A stretch of DNA of 60,802 nt, the filler included. It is 5 parts of 5 records of this genome, joined end to end, with 100 filler letters (N's around TTAATTAATTAA, not from the genome) between each part and the next. Parts side by side here need not be neighbours in the genome. Positions count along the whole stretch, not along the records: positions 38,942 to 46,492 come from SRR20825006_37; positions 46,593 to 52,390 come from SRR20825006_39; 3 more parts are not named here. The stretch is one strand, 5' to 3'. The position numbers were made by a program, and so were the translations under genes. Below the pieces are notes generated by a model. It saw nothing but the letters and a program-made list of their open reading frames with translations, made no database searches and was not told the DNA's origin. Below, one piece after another: positions 38,942-48,972 of the stretch; positions within the stretch are counted from its first letter, which is position 1, and the number at the start of each line of letters is the position of its first letter.

Positions 38942-41586
38942 GCTTGTTTTAAGATATCTTCCAATTGTACCCCAAACGCCTCAATTTCTTTTAAATCCTG
39001 TCCTTTCACCTTAATGCCCATAGGTGCTCGCATACCAGTCTGTAGCATCACCAAGCGTGTTTCTATGGGTTGTAGCTTTGGTGCTGAAGTAACACCTGGA
39101 AGCTTTGTAACCCTTACGATTTCTTTCCAAATATCGTCTGGCGATTCAATTTCAGGTCGCCAATTTCTAAAGTACTCTCCATCGTCATCTGGAATGAGCT
39201 GTGAACTTGTCACAGAGAATGGGTCTGTAATTTTTGAGGCTTTATAGTCATCATCTTCTACTTCAATTTCGCTATTAGGGTTGGTTACTAAACTGCCATC
39301 CTTTAAAACAAATAAGCCGTCTTCGTTTACCTTAAAGCGTTGTCTTTTTCTTTTCTCATTTAATATATATTCAGACTTGTATTGAATGACATTCTCATAC
39401 ATCGATAACGGTGCAGGGTCTAATGCTGATTCTGTACGCCCAGATTTACCGACTACAGTTTCAATTTCTGGAATGCTCGCAACGGCCATATCGAGTTGCT
39501 GTAGGACGCGTTTATTTTCCTCCACACCTGCGTGTGGCATTGAAGTGGGCATTAACAGGAATGAACCCTCATTGAGTGAAGGCATAAACTCTTTACCAGT
39601 ATTACGCATAATCATCACTCCAAAAATTACAATGGCAGTTGGTATCGAAAGAAATAACAGCTTATTACGCAATGCCCAATTTAAAATCCGAACATAATAA
39701 TTTCTAAAAAGTGTAAATACACCCAAAAGACCAAAACAGATAAGACCAACGAAGATTAAGTTTATAAGGATACTTCTATCTACTCCCAGTGGTCTCCAAT
39801 ATTCCGCCAATAGAAATATGATAGCAAAAGCCGAAACAAATATATTGATGATGTTGGCGCGTTTTGACGTAATCTTTTCCTTTAGTGAAAGGAAGCCAAC
39901 AACGCCAAATGCAACTAATATTAATCCAAGCGGATAGCCTAAAATTAAAGATAAAACGCCAAAAACAATCAATGCTCCATTTAGCATATAACTAAAAGAA
40001 GTTTTTAAATTTCTCTTTTTAAATAAATAGGCCGCAAATGGTGGAATTAAAAATAGGGCAACAATAAGAGATGCGGTGAGTGCTGCCGTTTTTGTAAATG
40101 CCAATGGCCTAAACAATTTCCCTTCTGCACCAATCATAGTAAATACAGGAATGAAACTAATAATAGTGGTCATTACTGCCGTTAAGATGGCGCCAGAAAC
40201 TTCGGCAGTCGCATTATAAACTACCGTATTCATAGGTAGCTTTTCTTCATTTTCATCAATATGCCGCAAGACATTTTCCGAAAGGATAACGCCCACATCG
40301 ACCATAGTTCCAATAGCAATTGCAATACCAGATAAGGCGACAATATTTGCATCTACATTGAACAGTTTCATAGAAATAAAGACCATCAAAACCGCAACAG
40401 GCAATAATCCGGAAATCAATACGGAAGCCCTTAAATTGAAGACCATTATGATAATCACAAAAATGGTTATCAATATCTCTAAAGTTAGCGCTTCATCAAG
40501 TGTGCCCAAGGTTTCTTGGATTAGTTCTGTTCTGTCATAAAAGGGTACGATGGTTAATTGCGAAGTCCTCCCATCGCTTAATGTTTTTGATGGAAGCCCA
40601 GAACTTAACTCGTTTATTTTTTCTTTAACATTGTTGATGACTTCCATAGGATTGGCCCCATAACGAGCCACTACAACACCACCAACAACCTCGGCTCCTT
40701 CCTTGTCCAATAAGCCTCTTCTTGTAGCAGGACCGTGTGTTACTTTCGCAATATCCTTTATACGGATGGATGTAAAATCTTTTGAAGTAACTACCGCGTT
40801 TTCTAAATCAGATAGTTTCTTAATATAACCCAATCCTCTTATAAGGTATTCAGCTTGGTTGATTTCAAGCGTTTGTGCACCAACATCTTTGTTGCTTTGT
40901 TTTACTGCTTTTACAACCTCACTCAAGCCTATGTTGTATTGCCGCATTAATTCGGGATTAACATCCACTTGATATTCCAAAACATATCCGCCGATGGAAG
41001 CCACTTCTGAAACGCCACTCGCAGATGACAACGCATATTTCACGTAGAAGTCTTGAATGCTTCTTAATTCTTGTAAATCCCATCCACCTGTAACATTACC
41101 ATCTTTATCACGTCCCTCAAGGGTGTACCAATATATTTGCCCTAATCCTGTGGCATCGGGACCTAGAGCTGGATTAACGCCTTCTGGTAGAAGTCCGGCT
41201 GGTAATGAGTTTAATTTTTCAAGTATTCGGCTTCTGCTCCAATAAAATTCAATATCTTCTTCGAAAATGATATAAATGCTCGAAAACCCGAACATAGATG
41301 AACTACGTATTGTTTTAACCCCTGGAATACCAAGAAGCGATGTGGTTAGAGGATAAGTAATTTGATCTTCAATATCCTGTGGGGATCGACCATCCCATTT
41401 AGTAAATACAATTTGTTGGTTTTCGCCAATATCTGGTATGGCATCTACGGCAACAGGGTCTCGAGGAAGTGAGCCTGTATTCCATTCAAACGGGGCGTTT
41501 ACGACTCCCCAAGCAATAAAAAGTGCAAGTAGTAGAACGGCTACTAGCTTGTTCTCGATTAAAAATTTGATGCTTTTATTCAGCAT
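38942..41586 (-). CDS. cusA: CusA-type Cu/Ag RND efflux permease (3' truncated)
   Basis: 'VDAIPDIGENQQIV', 'GPDATGLGQ', 'SGIAIAIGTMVD', 'LDPAPLSMYE'; likely start MLNKSIKF at 41586. Confidence 0.88.
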
Positions 41587-41720
41587 TACAATGATTATTA
41601 AACAGTTATACATCGAATAATATCTTGATAAAATCAAAACATTAAACACAAGAAATTGAGCCCAAAATAGTATTGACCATAGGGCTAATTATTCCGATAT
41701 TTATCGGAAACTGTTTAAAA

Positions 41721-42137
41721 TCAAATTAAATACGTCTCGTGCAGTTTTTGTATATCCCGTATGAGAAAGGGAACCGCATAATCTCTAAATGGTACAATGT
41801 GTGAATCAAGAGTCTCAAAGAGATTGATATAAGAATGTACAAAAGAGACAACAAAGACTTGTTGCTCAAAATTTAAGGTGTTAAAAGACATCTTCAGGTC
41901 GTCCTGACCTTCAACAACTAATTGCTTATCTGAACAGCAGGAATCATCCTGAACTTCACTTTGACAATCATTTTTGGATAGTTGTTTATCCATTCCGCAA
42001 GTTTCAACGTGCCCAAATAAAGAAGAATCCACTAAAGTATCGCCACAGTAATGACTATCAATAGTAAAAGAAACTGTTGACAATAGCACGATAAGTGCCA
42101 AACAAACGGATGATATTTTATGAAAAACTTTTTTCAT
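41721..42137 (-). CDS. HYC_CC_PP family protein
   Basis: 'SHYCGD', 'DSCCSD', C-terminal 'YLI'; upstream of cusA. Confidence 0.8.
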   Translation of the reverse strand: MKKVFHKISSVCLALIVLLSTVSFTIDSHYCGDTLVDSSLFGHVETCGMDKQLSKNDCQSEVQDDSCCSDKQLVVEGQDDLKMSFNTLNFEQQVFVVSFVHSYINLFETLDSHIVPFRDYAVPFLIRDIQKLHETYLI

Positions 42138-42427
42138 TAATGTTGCAAATTTATAAAAAATTTATCTCAATTTGTTTATTTAACAATTTTTTTTGATTTA
42201 TCAATGTTTATTTTGCACGAAACCGCTTAAATATTATTTGCAAATAAAATTCTTTTGCAGCTTCCTTTATATGATATAAATCATAGTTCTGTTGAACTTT
42301 TAGAATTATATTTGTACTGATTAATTTTGTTGTTTTTTTGTAAAAAACTGATAATAAAATAATTGAACAGTTGAATTTTATTTTCCAAAATCCTTTAATG
42401 TTAATCAAAATTTATTAATTTTATAGT

Positions 42428-42850
42428 GTGAAATCTTTTTTTACTAAAATACTGTCCTTCTTTTTAGCAGTTTTTATACTGTTTTCCACCACATCCTTTA
42501 CGGTAAATATGCACTTTTGCTGTAATAAAATGGTGGATTTGGCTTTTTTTAGTAAAGCAGAATCTTGTATGGAGACTGCACAGAAAAAAGATAATAATTC
42601 CAAGCAATGTACTACAATACAAGAGAAAGACTGTTGCGATAATAAGACCATCTTGAAAGAAGGAGATGACACCTTCAAGAAGGCCAATACAATTTCAGAG
42701 ATTGAAACTTTAGTTTTCTTAAACAACTTCGTCTATTCTTATATCAACCTTTTTGAAGGTTTAGAGAAAAACACAGTTTCTTTTAAGGCTTATAGGCCAC
42801 CTTTGCTATCCACAGACCTTGTAATCCTCAACGAGTCCTTTTTAATTTGA
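42428..42850 (+). CDS. HYC_CC_PP family protein (second, divergent copy)
   Basis: 'MHFCC', 'KDCCDN', 'YRPPLL...FLI'. Confidence 0.8.
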   Translation: MKSFFTKILSFFLAVFILFSTTSFTVNMHFCCNKMVDLAFFSKAESCMETAQKKDNNSKQCTTIQEKDCCDNKTILKEGDDTFKKANTISEIETLVFLNNFVYSYINLFEGLEKNTVSFKAYRPPLLSTDLVILNESFLI

Positions 42851-43019
42851 TTTTCTACTTCGTAGGTTAAAATTAATCTGCATTGCCTCTATAGCCAATA
42901 TTTCACTTCTGGCTAACATTTGTTGTACCCTATTCTCAACAACGCTACACAATATTAATCCTGTTAGGCTAAACCTATCAGACCATTGAGCTAAACTCAA
43001 TGACAATACATTATATACT

Positions 43020-43601
43020 ATGAACAAACCAAAAGAATTTTGGATTAAGAATATGGTCTGTAACCGCTGCTTAAAAGTAATTAAACAAGAATTACAAGAA
43101 CTTGAAGTTACAGTGCTTTCCTTGGAATTAGGAAGGTTGCTGGTAGAAGCACAAAAAAAAACGAACAATGAAATTATCGATACCGTTACAAGTGTACTTC
43201 ACGCCAATAATTTTGAAATTGTTCAGAATGAAGAAGAAATGCTCACAGAAAGAATCAAGATTATTCTAATAGAACAATTGCAAGAGCTACCGTTACATAT
43301 TAAGGTAAAAACATCTGAACTATTGGCTTCAAGACTTCATAAAGATTACAAGACATTGAGCAGATTGTTTTCAGCAAATCAACAGACAACCATTGAAAAG
43401 TACTTTATCAAATTAAAAATAGAAAAAGTCAAAGAGCTCATTCAGCTTAAACAACATTCCTTTTCAGATATAGGATATTTATTGGACTACAGTAGTGTCA
43501 ACCACCTGTCTAGACAGTTTAAGGAAGTGGTGGGAATGAGTATGACCGATTACAAAAACACAGGAAATTGGAAACGGAATTTCTATGATGAAATTATATA
43601 G
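43020..43601 (+). CDS. AraC-family regulator with N-terminal CxxC
   Basis: 'IKNMVCNRC', 'YSSVNHLSRQFK'. Confidence 0.88.
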   Translation: MNKPKEFWIKNMVCNRCLKVIKQELQELEVTVLSLELGRLLVEAQKKTNNEIIDTVTSVLHANNFEIVQNEEEMLTERIKIILIEQLQELPLHIKVKTSELLASRLHKDYKTLSRLFSANQQTTIEKYFIKLKIEKVKELIQLKQHSFSDIGYLLDYSSVNHLSRQFKEVVGMSMTDYKNTGNWKRNFYDEII

Positions 43602-43670
43602 ATATCAACGAAAGTTATGCAGACAAAAGCTTAAGGCAATGGTTAATTTCATCAAATTAAATTAAACAAA

Positions 43671-44270
43671 ATGAAAAAACTACTTATCACATTAGTATTA
43701 ATTCCCTTTATAGGAATTGCACAAACCTTTGAAAATTTAGACTACATCTCGCCTTTTAGCAATGGCGTCGCTGCCATTAAAAAAGGGAACGAATGGGGTT
43801 TTATTGACCCAGAAGGAAATTTAATCGTTGATTTTCGAAATGATTTGGTGGCAACCAAAACAGACAATGCAAGCTACCCTATATTCAGTAACGGAAAATG
43901 CCTGATTGCAAACCAAAAAGATGGCGTGCTCTATTATGGCTATATCGATAAAACTGGAAAAACTGTCATCACTCCACAATTCCTCAATGCCAACAACTTT
44001 CAATATGGCAAAGCCTTGGTGTTAAAAGTTGAAAAAGAAACCATTGGCTATAATGACATTTTCAAAAAAGACGTGGTAAACTACCATTATTTTGAGCTTG
44101 TTATAGATGAGAATGGTAATACCATTGACCATTTAACGCAATTGGCCATTCACGTCTCGCCAAAAGATAAGAATGATAAAAATCCACCTGCCATCACATC
44201 AAAATTGATTTCGGAAAATTTGGTGGCAGTTAAAGGTAATAATAAGAAGTGGCGTATAAAAAAAATCTAA
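43671..44270 (+). CDS. WG-repeat-containing exported protein
   Basis: Signal peptide; 'FSNGVAAIKKGNEWGFID', 'YGYIDKTGKTVI'. Confidence 0.8.
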   Translation: MKKLLITLVLIPFIGIAQTFENLDYISPFSNGVAAIKKGNEWGFIDPEGNLIVDFRNDLVATKTDNASYPIFSNGKCLIANQKDGVLYYGYIDKTGKTVITPQFLNANNFQYGKALVLKVEKETIGYNDIFKKDVVNYHYFELVIDENGNTIDHLTQLAIHVSPKDKNDKNPPAITSKLISENLVAVKGNNKKWRIKKI

Positions 44271-44435
44271 TAATATTGAAAATACACATAACATATAAGA
44301 AATTCAAAAAGATTATAACCTTTTTAAAATCTGCGAATTAATAGTTGATAATCCATTCCCTCAACTATAAACATTTAGATTGTTGGGAATGGGTTTATAA
44401 AAATTAAAATAAATGTTTAACTCAAAAAATAAATT

Positions 44436-44897
44436 ATGAAAACACTACTAATTGTTTTATCGGCAGTTGGGCTTTTAAGCTTAAACAGTTGCAAACAAGG
44501 AGCAGATCCTCAAGCACTTTTGGAAAATCCTGAAACTCGTACGGAGGTGTTTAATGCCATTACCGAGAACCACGATTATATGACCGAGTTTATGGAAAGT
44601 ATGCACGGCAGTCAACACACAATGGCAATGATGCAGGGCAACAAAAAAATGATGGGCTCTATGATGCAAGGAGAAGGAATGCAAATGATGATGAAGGATA
44701 GTACAATGATGCATTCGATGATGAACCAAATGATGAATGACGGAAAAATGATGGGAACAATGATGAAAATGATGCACGAAAAAGGAATGATGAGCGAGGA
44801 CTGTATGGAATCTTGCTCAAAGATGATGGGCGAAAAAGGAATGGATATGCAGAATATGAATAGTCCAAACAAACAGGATCATACCGAGCATCATTAA
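44436..44897 (+). CDS. Methionine-rich lipoprotein (putative Cu/Ag binding)
   Basis: Lipobox 'LNSC'; many MM/MxxM clusters; C-terminal 'DHTEHH'. Confidence 0.7.
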   Translation: MKTLLIVLSAVGLLSLNSCKQGADPQALLENPETRTEVFNAITENHDYMTEFMESMHGSQHTMAMMQGNKKMMGSMMQGEGMQMMMKDSTMMHSMMNQMMNDGKMMGTMMKMMHEKGMMSEDCMESCSKMMGEKGMDMQNMNSPNKQDHTEHH

Positions 44898-44922
44898 TTT
44901 TTAACTTCTAAATACAAAAACA

Positions 44923-45180
44923 ATGAAAAACAATCACTGGATTTGGATGGTCATAGGTTGTGGGCTACCACTATTGTTCATCTTTTTAGCGCCCTCATTT
45001 GGTATAGGAGGTGGTTCATCACTATTTATTTTCATCCTTTTTATGTTTGGCATCCATCTGTTTATGCCCCACGGTTCACACGGACACGGAAGGCACAATA
45101 ATCATAAGCATCAGGATAGCGACCACAATCATTCTGAACAAGAAACAAAAGAAGAACACAAAGGACATCAACATCACTAA
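44923..45180 (+). CDS. Small two-TM protein with His-rich tail (DUF2933-like)
   Basis: 'HWIWMVIGCGLPL', 'HLFMPHGSHGHGRH...HQHH'. Confidence 0.65.
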   Translation: MKNNHWIWMVIGCGLPLLFIFLAPSFGIGGGSSLFIFILFMFGIHLFMPHGSHGHGRHNNHKHQDSDHNHSEQETKEEHKGHQHH

Positions 45181-45192
45181 AAACTATATACA

Positions 45193-45411
45193 ATGAAACA
45201 AAAATTTCAAATAAACGGAATTAGTTGTGGTGGATGTGTAGCAAGGGTCAAGAAGACTTTGGAAGAACATCCCAATATCGAAAAGGCAGAAATTTTTCTG
45301 GCACCAAAAGGAGCTACACGTATCACGATGAATGAAGCACTTTCGGTTGCCGACTTGCAAAAGCAACTCGATGAGCTCAATGGATATACAATCACAGAAC
45401 TTAATCAATAA
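45193..45411 (+). CDS. HMA-domain metallochaperone (CopZ-like)
   Basis: 'INGISCGGCVARVKKTL'. Confidence 0.85.
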   Translation: MKQKFQINGISCGGCVARVKKTLEEHPNIEKAEIFLAPKGATRITMNEALSVADLQKQLDELNGYTITELNQ

Positions 45412-45430
45412 CAATTAAAATCTAAAAACT

Positions 45431-45649
45431 ATGCATTTATACGACGGACACTTTGGAGGAATGCACCTAATATGGTGGATTATATGGGTCATCTTACTTG
45501 CTTGGATATTCTTTATCCCAGCAGATATACCCTATCAAAAAACAATAAAGGACAGCCCACTGGATATTCTTAAAAAACGCTATGCAAAAGGCGAAATATC
45601 CAAGGAAGACTATGAAGAATCTAAAAGAATTTTAAACTCGGACAACTAA
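45431..45649 (+). CDS. SHOCT-domain small membrane protein
   Basis: TM helix followed by 'PLDILKKRYAKGEISKEDYEE'. Confidence 0.85.
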   Translation: MHLYDGHFGGMHLIWWIIWVILLAWIFFIPADIPYQKTIKDSPLDILKKRYAKGEISKEDYEESKRILNSDN

Positions 45650-45666
45650 TCTTAAACTATAAAACT

Positions 45667-45945
45667 ATGCATCGCTTAAACGTAAAAAAACTCGGATTTG
45701 CCTTCGGTCTTACAGGAACCATAATTTATTTGGGCTGTATGATAGTAATGGCTACAGCAGGGCGGGAAGGTTCAATCATCTTTTTCAATAGCTTATTGCA
45801 CGGCTTGGACACCACCAATGTCATTAGAATGGATGTTCCCCTATTAGAAGTGTTAATGGGTATCGTACAAACTTTTATCCTTTGGTGGCTTATAGGCGCT
45901 TCTATTGGCGCTTTTTATAATGCGCAAATAAAAATAAAAAAGTAA
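45667..45945 (+). CDS. DUF5676-like small membrane protein
   Basis: 'LNVKKLGFAFG...YLGC...FNSLLHGLD...IGAFYN'. Confidence 0.65.
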   Translation: MHRLNVKKLGFAFGLTGTIIYLGCMIVMATAGREGSIIFFNSLLHGLDTTNVIRMDVPLLEVLMGIVQTFILWWLIGASIGAFYNAQIKIKK

Positions 45946-45963
45946 AAAAACCTTTTAGGATTT

Positions 45964-46492
45964 ATGCAGTATGTCTGGTTCATATGGTCGCTTATCATTC
46001 TTGCTCTTTGGGTAGTTATATATATATCCAAAAAAGGAGTTAGGAAAGAAATGCTCAAAATGAGCCTGATTACGATGCCCTTTGGTTTAACAGAACCGTT
46101 GTTTGTACCAGAATATTGGTTTCCACCTTCGCTTTTTGATTTGGCCGAAATAACAGGCTTCGATATCGAAAGTTTGATTTTCTCTTTCGCAATAGGTGGA
46201 ATTGGCACTGTACTCTACAACCTTATTTTTAAAAGAGGACTTGCCGAAATACCACATAGCGAACGAAGTCATAGTAGGCACCGATTGCATATTTATATAC
46301 TTTTTATACCAGCAGCTGTATTCATCATTCTGGCGCTTTTTACGTCGCTCAATCACATTTATTGCGGCATTATAGCTTTGTTCATAGGTGGATTGGCGAC
46401 TCTTTATTGTCGCCCAGATTTAAAAGGAAAGATTTGGGTTGGGGGAATTCTGTTTACGGTATTGTACTTCATTTATTTCGGAAGCATCCTTC
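45964..46492 (+). CDS. Lycopene-cyclase-domain-like membrane protein (3' truncated)
   Basis: 'TEPLFVPEYWFPP', 'IESLIFSFAIGGI', 'CRPDL'; multi-TM. Confidence 0.6.
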
Positions 46493-46592
46493 NNNNNNNN
46501 NNNNNNNNNNNNNNNNNNNNNNNNNNNNNNNNNNNNTTAATTAATTAANNNNNNNNNNNNNNNNNNNNNNNNNNNNNNNNNNNNNNNNNNNN
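46493..46592. other. Artificial contig spacer
   Basis: N-run, TTAATTAATTAA, N-run. Confidence 0.98.
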
Positions 46593-46593
46593 G

Positions 46594-47358
46594 ACGCCGG
46601 ACGTCTATGAAGGCGCGCCGACGCCGGTTACCGCACTGTTCGCAGTAGCCCCGAAGGTCGCTGCACTGGCCCTGTTCCTGCGGGTTCTGCTGGAGCCGTT
46701 CGGAGCGCTGGTTGGCGAATGGCAGCAGATCATTGCCCTGATTGCGGTGCTTTCCATGGCGATCGGTTCAATCGCGGCAATCGTCCAGACCAATATCAAG
46801 CGCCTGATGGCCTACAGCTCCATCGGCCATATGGGCTATGCACTGGTTGGCCTTGCTGCTGCGAACGAGGCGGGCGTCAGCGGCATACTGGTTTATCTCG
46901 CGCTTTATCTCTTCATGAATGTCGGAACCTTTGCCTGCATCCTCTCGATGCGCCGGCAAGGCCGTCTGGTAGAGGGCATTCACGATTTGGCGGGGCTTTC
47001 CAAGACCCATCCGGGTATGGCGGCGATGATCATGATTTTCATGTTCTCTATGGCCGGTATTCCGCCGCTCGCCGGTTTCTTCGGCAAGTGGTTCGTCTTC
47101 ATGGCGGCGGTCAATGCGGGTCTTTTCGCTCTGGCAATTCTTGGTGTAATCGCCAGCGTGATTGGTGCCTTCTACTATCTGCGTATCGTCAAGATCATGT
47201 ATTTCGACGAAGCGGAAGAGCCGCTGGATAGCGCCATTCCGGGTGACCTGAAGATCATCATGACGGTGATGGCTGCGGTGACGCTGTTGTTCTTCATCGT
47301 TCCCGCACCGCTCGTCAGCAGCGCCAAGGCAGCGGCATCGGCCCTGTTCGCAGGATAA
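46594..47358 (+). CDS. nuoN: NADH-quinone oxidoreductase subunit N (5' truncated)
   Basis: '[13 protein letters not shown]', '[18 protein letters not shown]', '[14 protein letters not shown]', '[11 protein letters not shown]'. Confidence 0.93.
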   Translation, partial: TPDVYEGAPTPVTALFAVAPKVAALALFLRVLLEPFGALVGEWQQIIALIAVLSMAIGSIAAIVQTNIKRLMAYSSIGHMGYALVGLAAANEAGVSGILVYLALYLFMNVGTFACILSMRRQGRLVEGIHDLAGLSKTHPGMAAMIMIFMFSMAGIPPLAGFFGKWFVFMAAVNAGLFALAILGVIASVIGAFYYLRIVKIMYFDEAEEPLDSAIPGDLKIIMTVMAAVTLLFFIVPAPLVSSAKAAASALFAG

Positions 47359-47416
47359 GAGGCAAGTGGCCCGTGCTTGACGGACTGTCGGGCCGGGCCC
47401 TGAAGGACCTGAATAT

Positions 47417-48169
47417 TTGAACCACGAGCGCCAGAGCCACGGCTTCAGGATTCTCGGTTACGATTCCGTATCCAGCACGAATGACGAAGCTGATCGTCTG
47501 GCGCAAGGCGGTGCTCCGGACCGGACACTGGTCTGGGCGCGAAGCCAGAATTCCGGACGGGGGCGGCTTGGCCGGACCTGGGTCTCTCCGGAAGGCAATC
47601 TCTACACGACGGCGCTTCTGGAGCCGGGACTGCCGCTTGGCCGGCTGCAGGAACTTTCATTCGTCGCCTCGCTTGCGGTTCACGATACCGTCGCCGGGCT
47701 GTTGGCCGATGCGGATCTGGTTCTGAAATGGCCGAACGATGTGCTGCTGGGCGGCGCCAAGATTTCCGGTATCCTGACGGAGACACGTGTTCGCGGAGAT
47801 CATGTTGTCGCTCTGCTCGGAGTAGGTATCAATCTTGCACATGCTCCGGATGCCACCCGGTATCCGACAACGGCACTTGCGGATCACTTTTCCGCGCCGC
47901 TCACCGTTGAGGAACTGCTCGAATGCTATCTGAAGGCATTGTCGGGGCGCTATGCGCTCTGGCGGTCTGACGGGTTTGCGCAGATCAGGGACGCATGGGC
48001 CATACGCTCACGCTGGATCGGCCGGATGGTTTCCATCGAGAATGGTGACCGGAAGATCCTTGGCCGGTACGACGGGATAGAGTCTGACGGCTCGATGATT
48101 GTTTCGGGTGAGGGCGGCGAAAAACACAAAATTTCTGCCGGTGATGTTCGGCTTGCGGAGGACAATTGA
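47417..48169 (+). CDS. birA: Biotin--[acetyl-CoA carboxylase] ligase
   Basis: 'SSTN', 'GRGRLGRTWVSPEGNL', 'KWPNDV', 'KISGIL'; nuoN-birA synteny. Confidence 0.92.
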   Translation: MNHERQSHGFRILGYDSVSSTNDEADRLAQGGAPDRTLVWARSQNSGRGRLGRTWVSPEGNLYTTALLEPGLPLGRLQELSFVASLAVHDTVAGLLADADLVLKWPNDVLLGGAKISGILTETRVRGDHVVALLGVGINLAHAPDATRYPTTALADHFSAPLTVEELLECYLKALSGRYALWRSDGFAQIRDAWAIRSRWIGRMVSIENGDRKILGRYDGIESDGSMIVSGEGGEKHKISAGDVRLAEDN

Positions 48170-48972
48170 TGCTGCTGACGATTGATTGCGGCAATACGAA
48201 CACGGTATTTGCGGTGTTCTCCGAAGGAGAGAAGCGGGGGTCCTGGAGAGCCTCGACCAATGTGGCGCGCACGGCGGATGAATATGCCGTCTGGCTGACT
48301 CAGCTGATGGCGCTCGAGGGGATCGAGCGGAGTGATATCGCCGACGTGATCATGGCGACTGTTGTGCCGGAGGTGGTTTTCAATCTGGAAATCCTGTGCC
48401 GGAAATATTTCAACACGGAGCCCATGATCGTGGGCCGAAAGGGCGTTGAGCTGGGGATTGATATCCGGATCGAGCGGCCGACCGAGGTGGGCGCGGACCG
48501 CCTGGTAAACGCCATTGCGGCGCACGCCGCCTATGAGGGCGCGCTGATCGTCATCGATTTCGGCACAGCGACGACCTTTGATGTCGTGGAACCTGATGGC
48601 GGTTATGCCGGAGGGATCATTGCGCCAGGCATCAATCTTTCTCTTGATGCTCTTTACAACGCCGCGGCACAGCTGCCGCGCATTGCAATCCGTCCGCCAG
48701 AAATGCCGGACGTGGGGACCAACAGTCCCGTGCGCGTTATCGGAAAATCTACAGTGAGTGCCATGCACTCGGGAATTTTTTGGGGATATATCGGCCTGAT
48801 CGAAGGCCTGGTTTCCCGCATCAAGGCAGAGTACGGAACGGATATGACGGTTATTGGAACGGGCGGGCTGGCGGCGATTTTCGCCGACTGTACGCCGGTT
48901 ATAGAACATGTGGACGAGGCGATCACGCTGCGCGGTCTGTTGCTGATCCATGAACGGAATAAAACGCAATGA
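48166..48972 (+). CDS. coaX: Type III pantothenate kinase
   Basis: 'IDCGNTNT', 'VGADR', 'IDFGTATTFD', 'GGIIAPG'. Confidence 0.93.
   Translation: MMLLTIDCGNTNTVFAVFSEGEKRGSWRASTNVARTADEYAVWLTQLMALEGIERSDIADVIMATVVPEVVFNLEILCRKYFNTEPMIVGRKGVELGIDIRIERPTEVGADRLVNAIAAHAAYEGALIVIDFGTATTFDVVEPDGGYAGGIIAPGINLSLDALYNAAAQLPRIAIRPPEMPDVGTNSPVRVIGKSTVSAMHSGIFWGYIGLIEGLVSRIKAEYGTDMTVIGTGGLAAIFADCTPVIEHVDEAITLRGLLLIHERNKTQ

Noticed and set aside
17383-43601. Similar AraC-CxxC regulators and RND pumps at 17-25 kb and 39-43 kb as a duplication
   Set aside because: They are on different contigs, probably from different organisms; this is family-level similarity only.
44620-44860. ATG-rich quasi-repeats as a tandem repeat or CRISPR array
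   Set aside because: Explained by Met codons of the Met-rich protein; there is no repeat-spacer periodicity.
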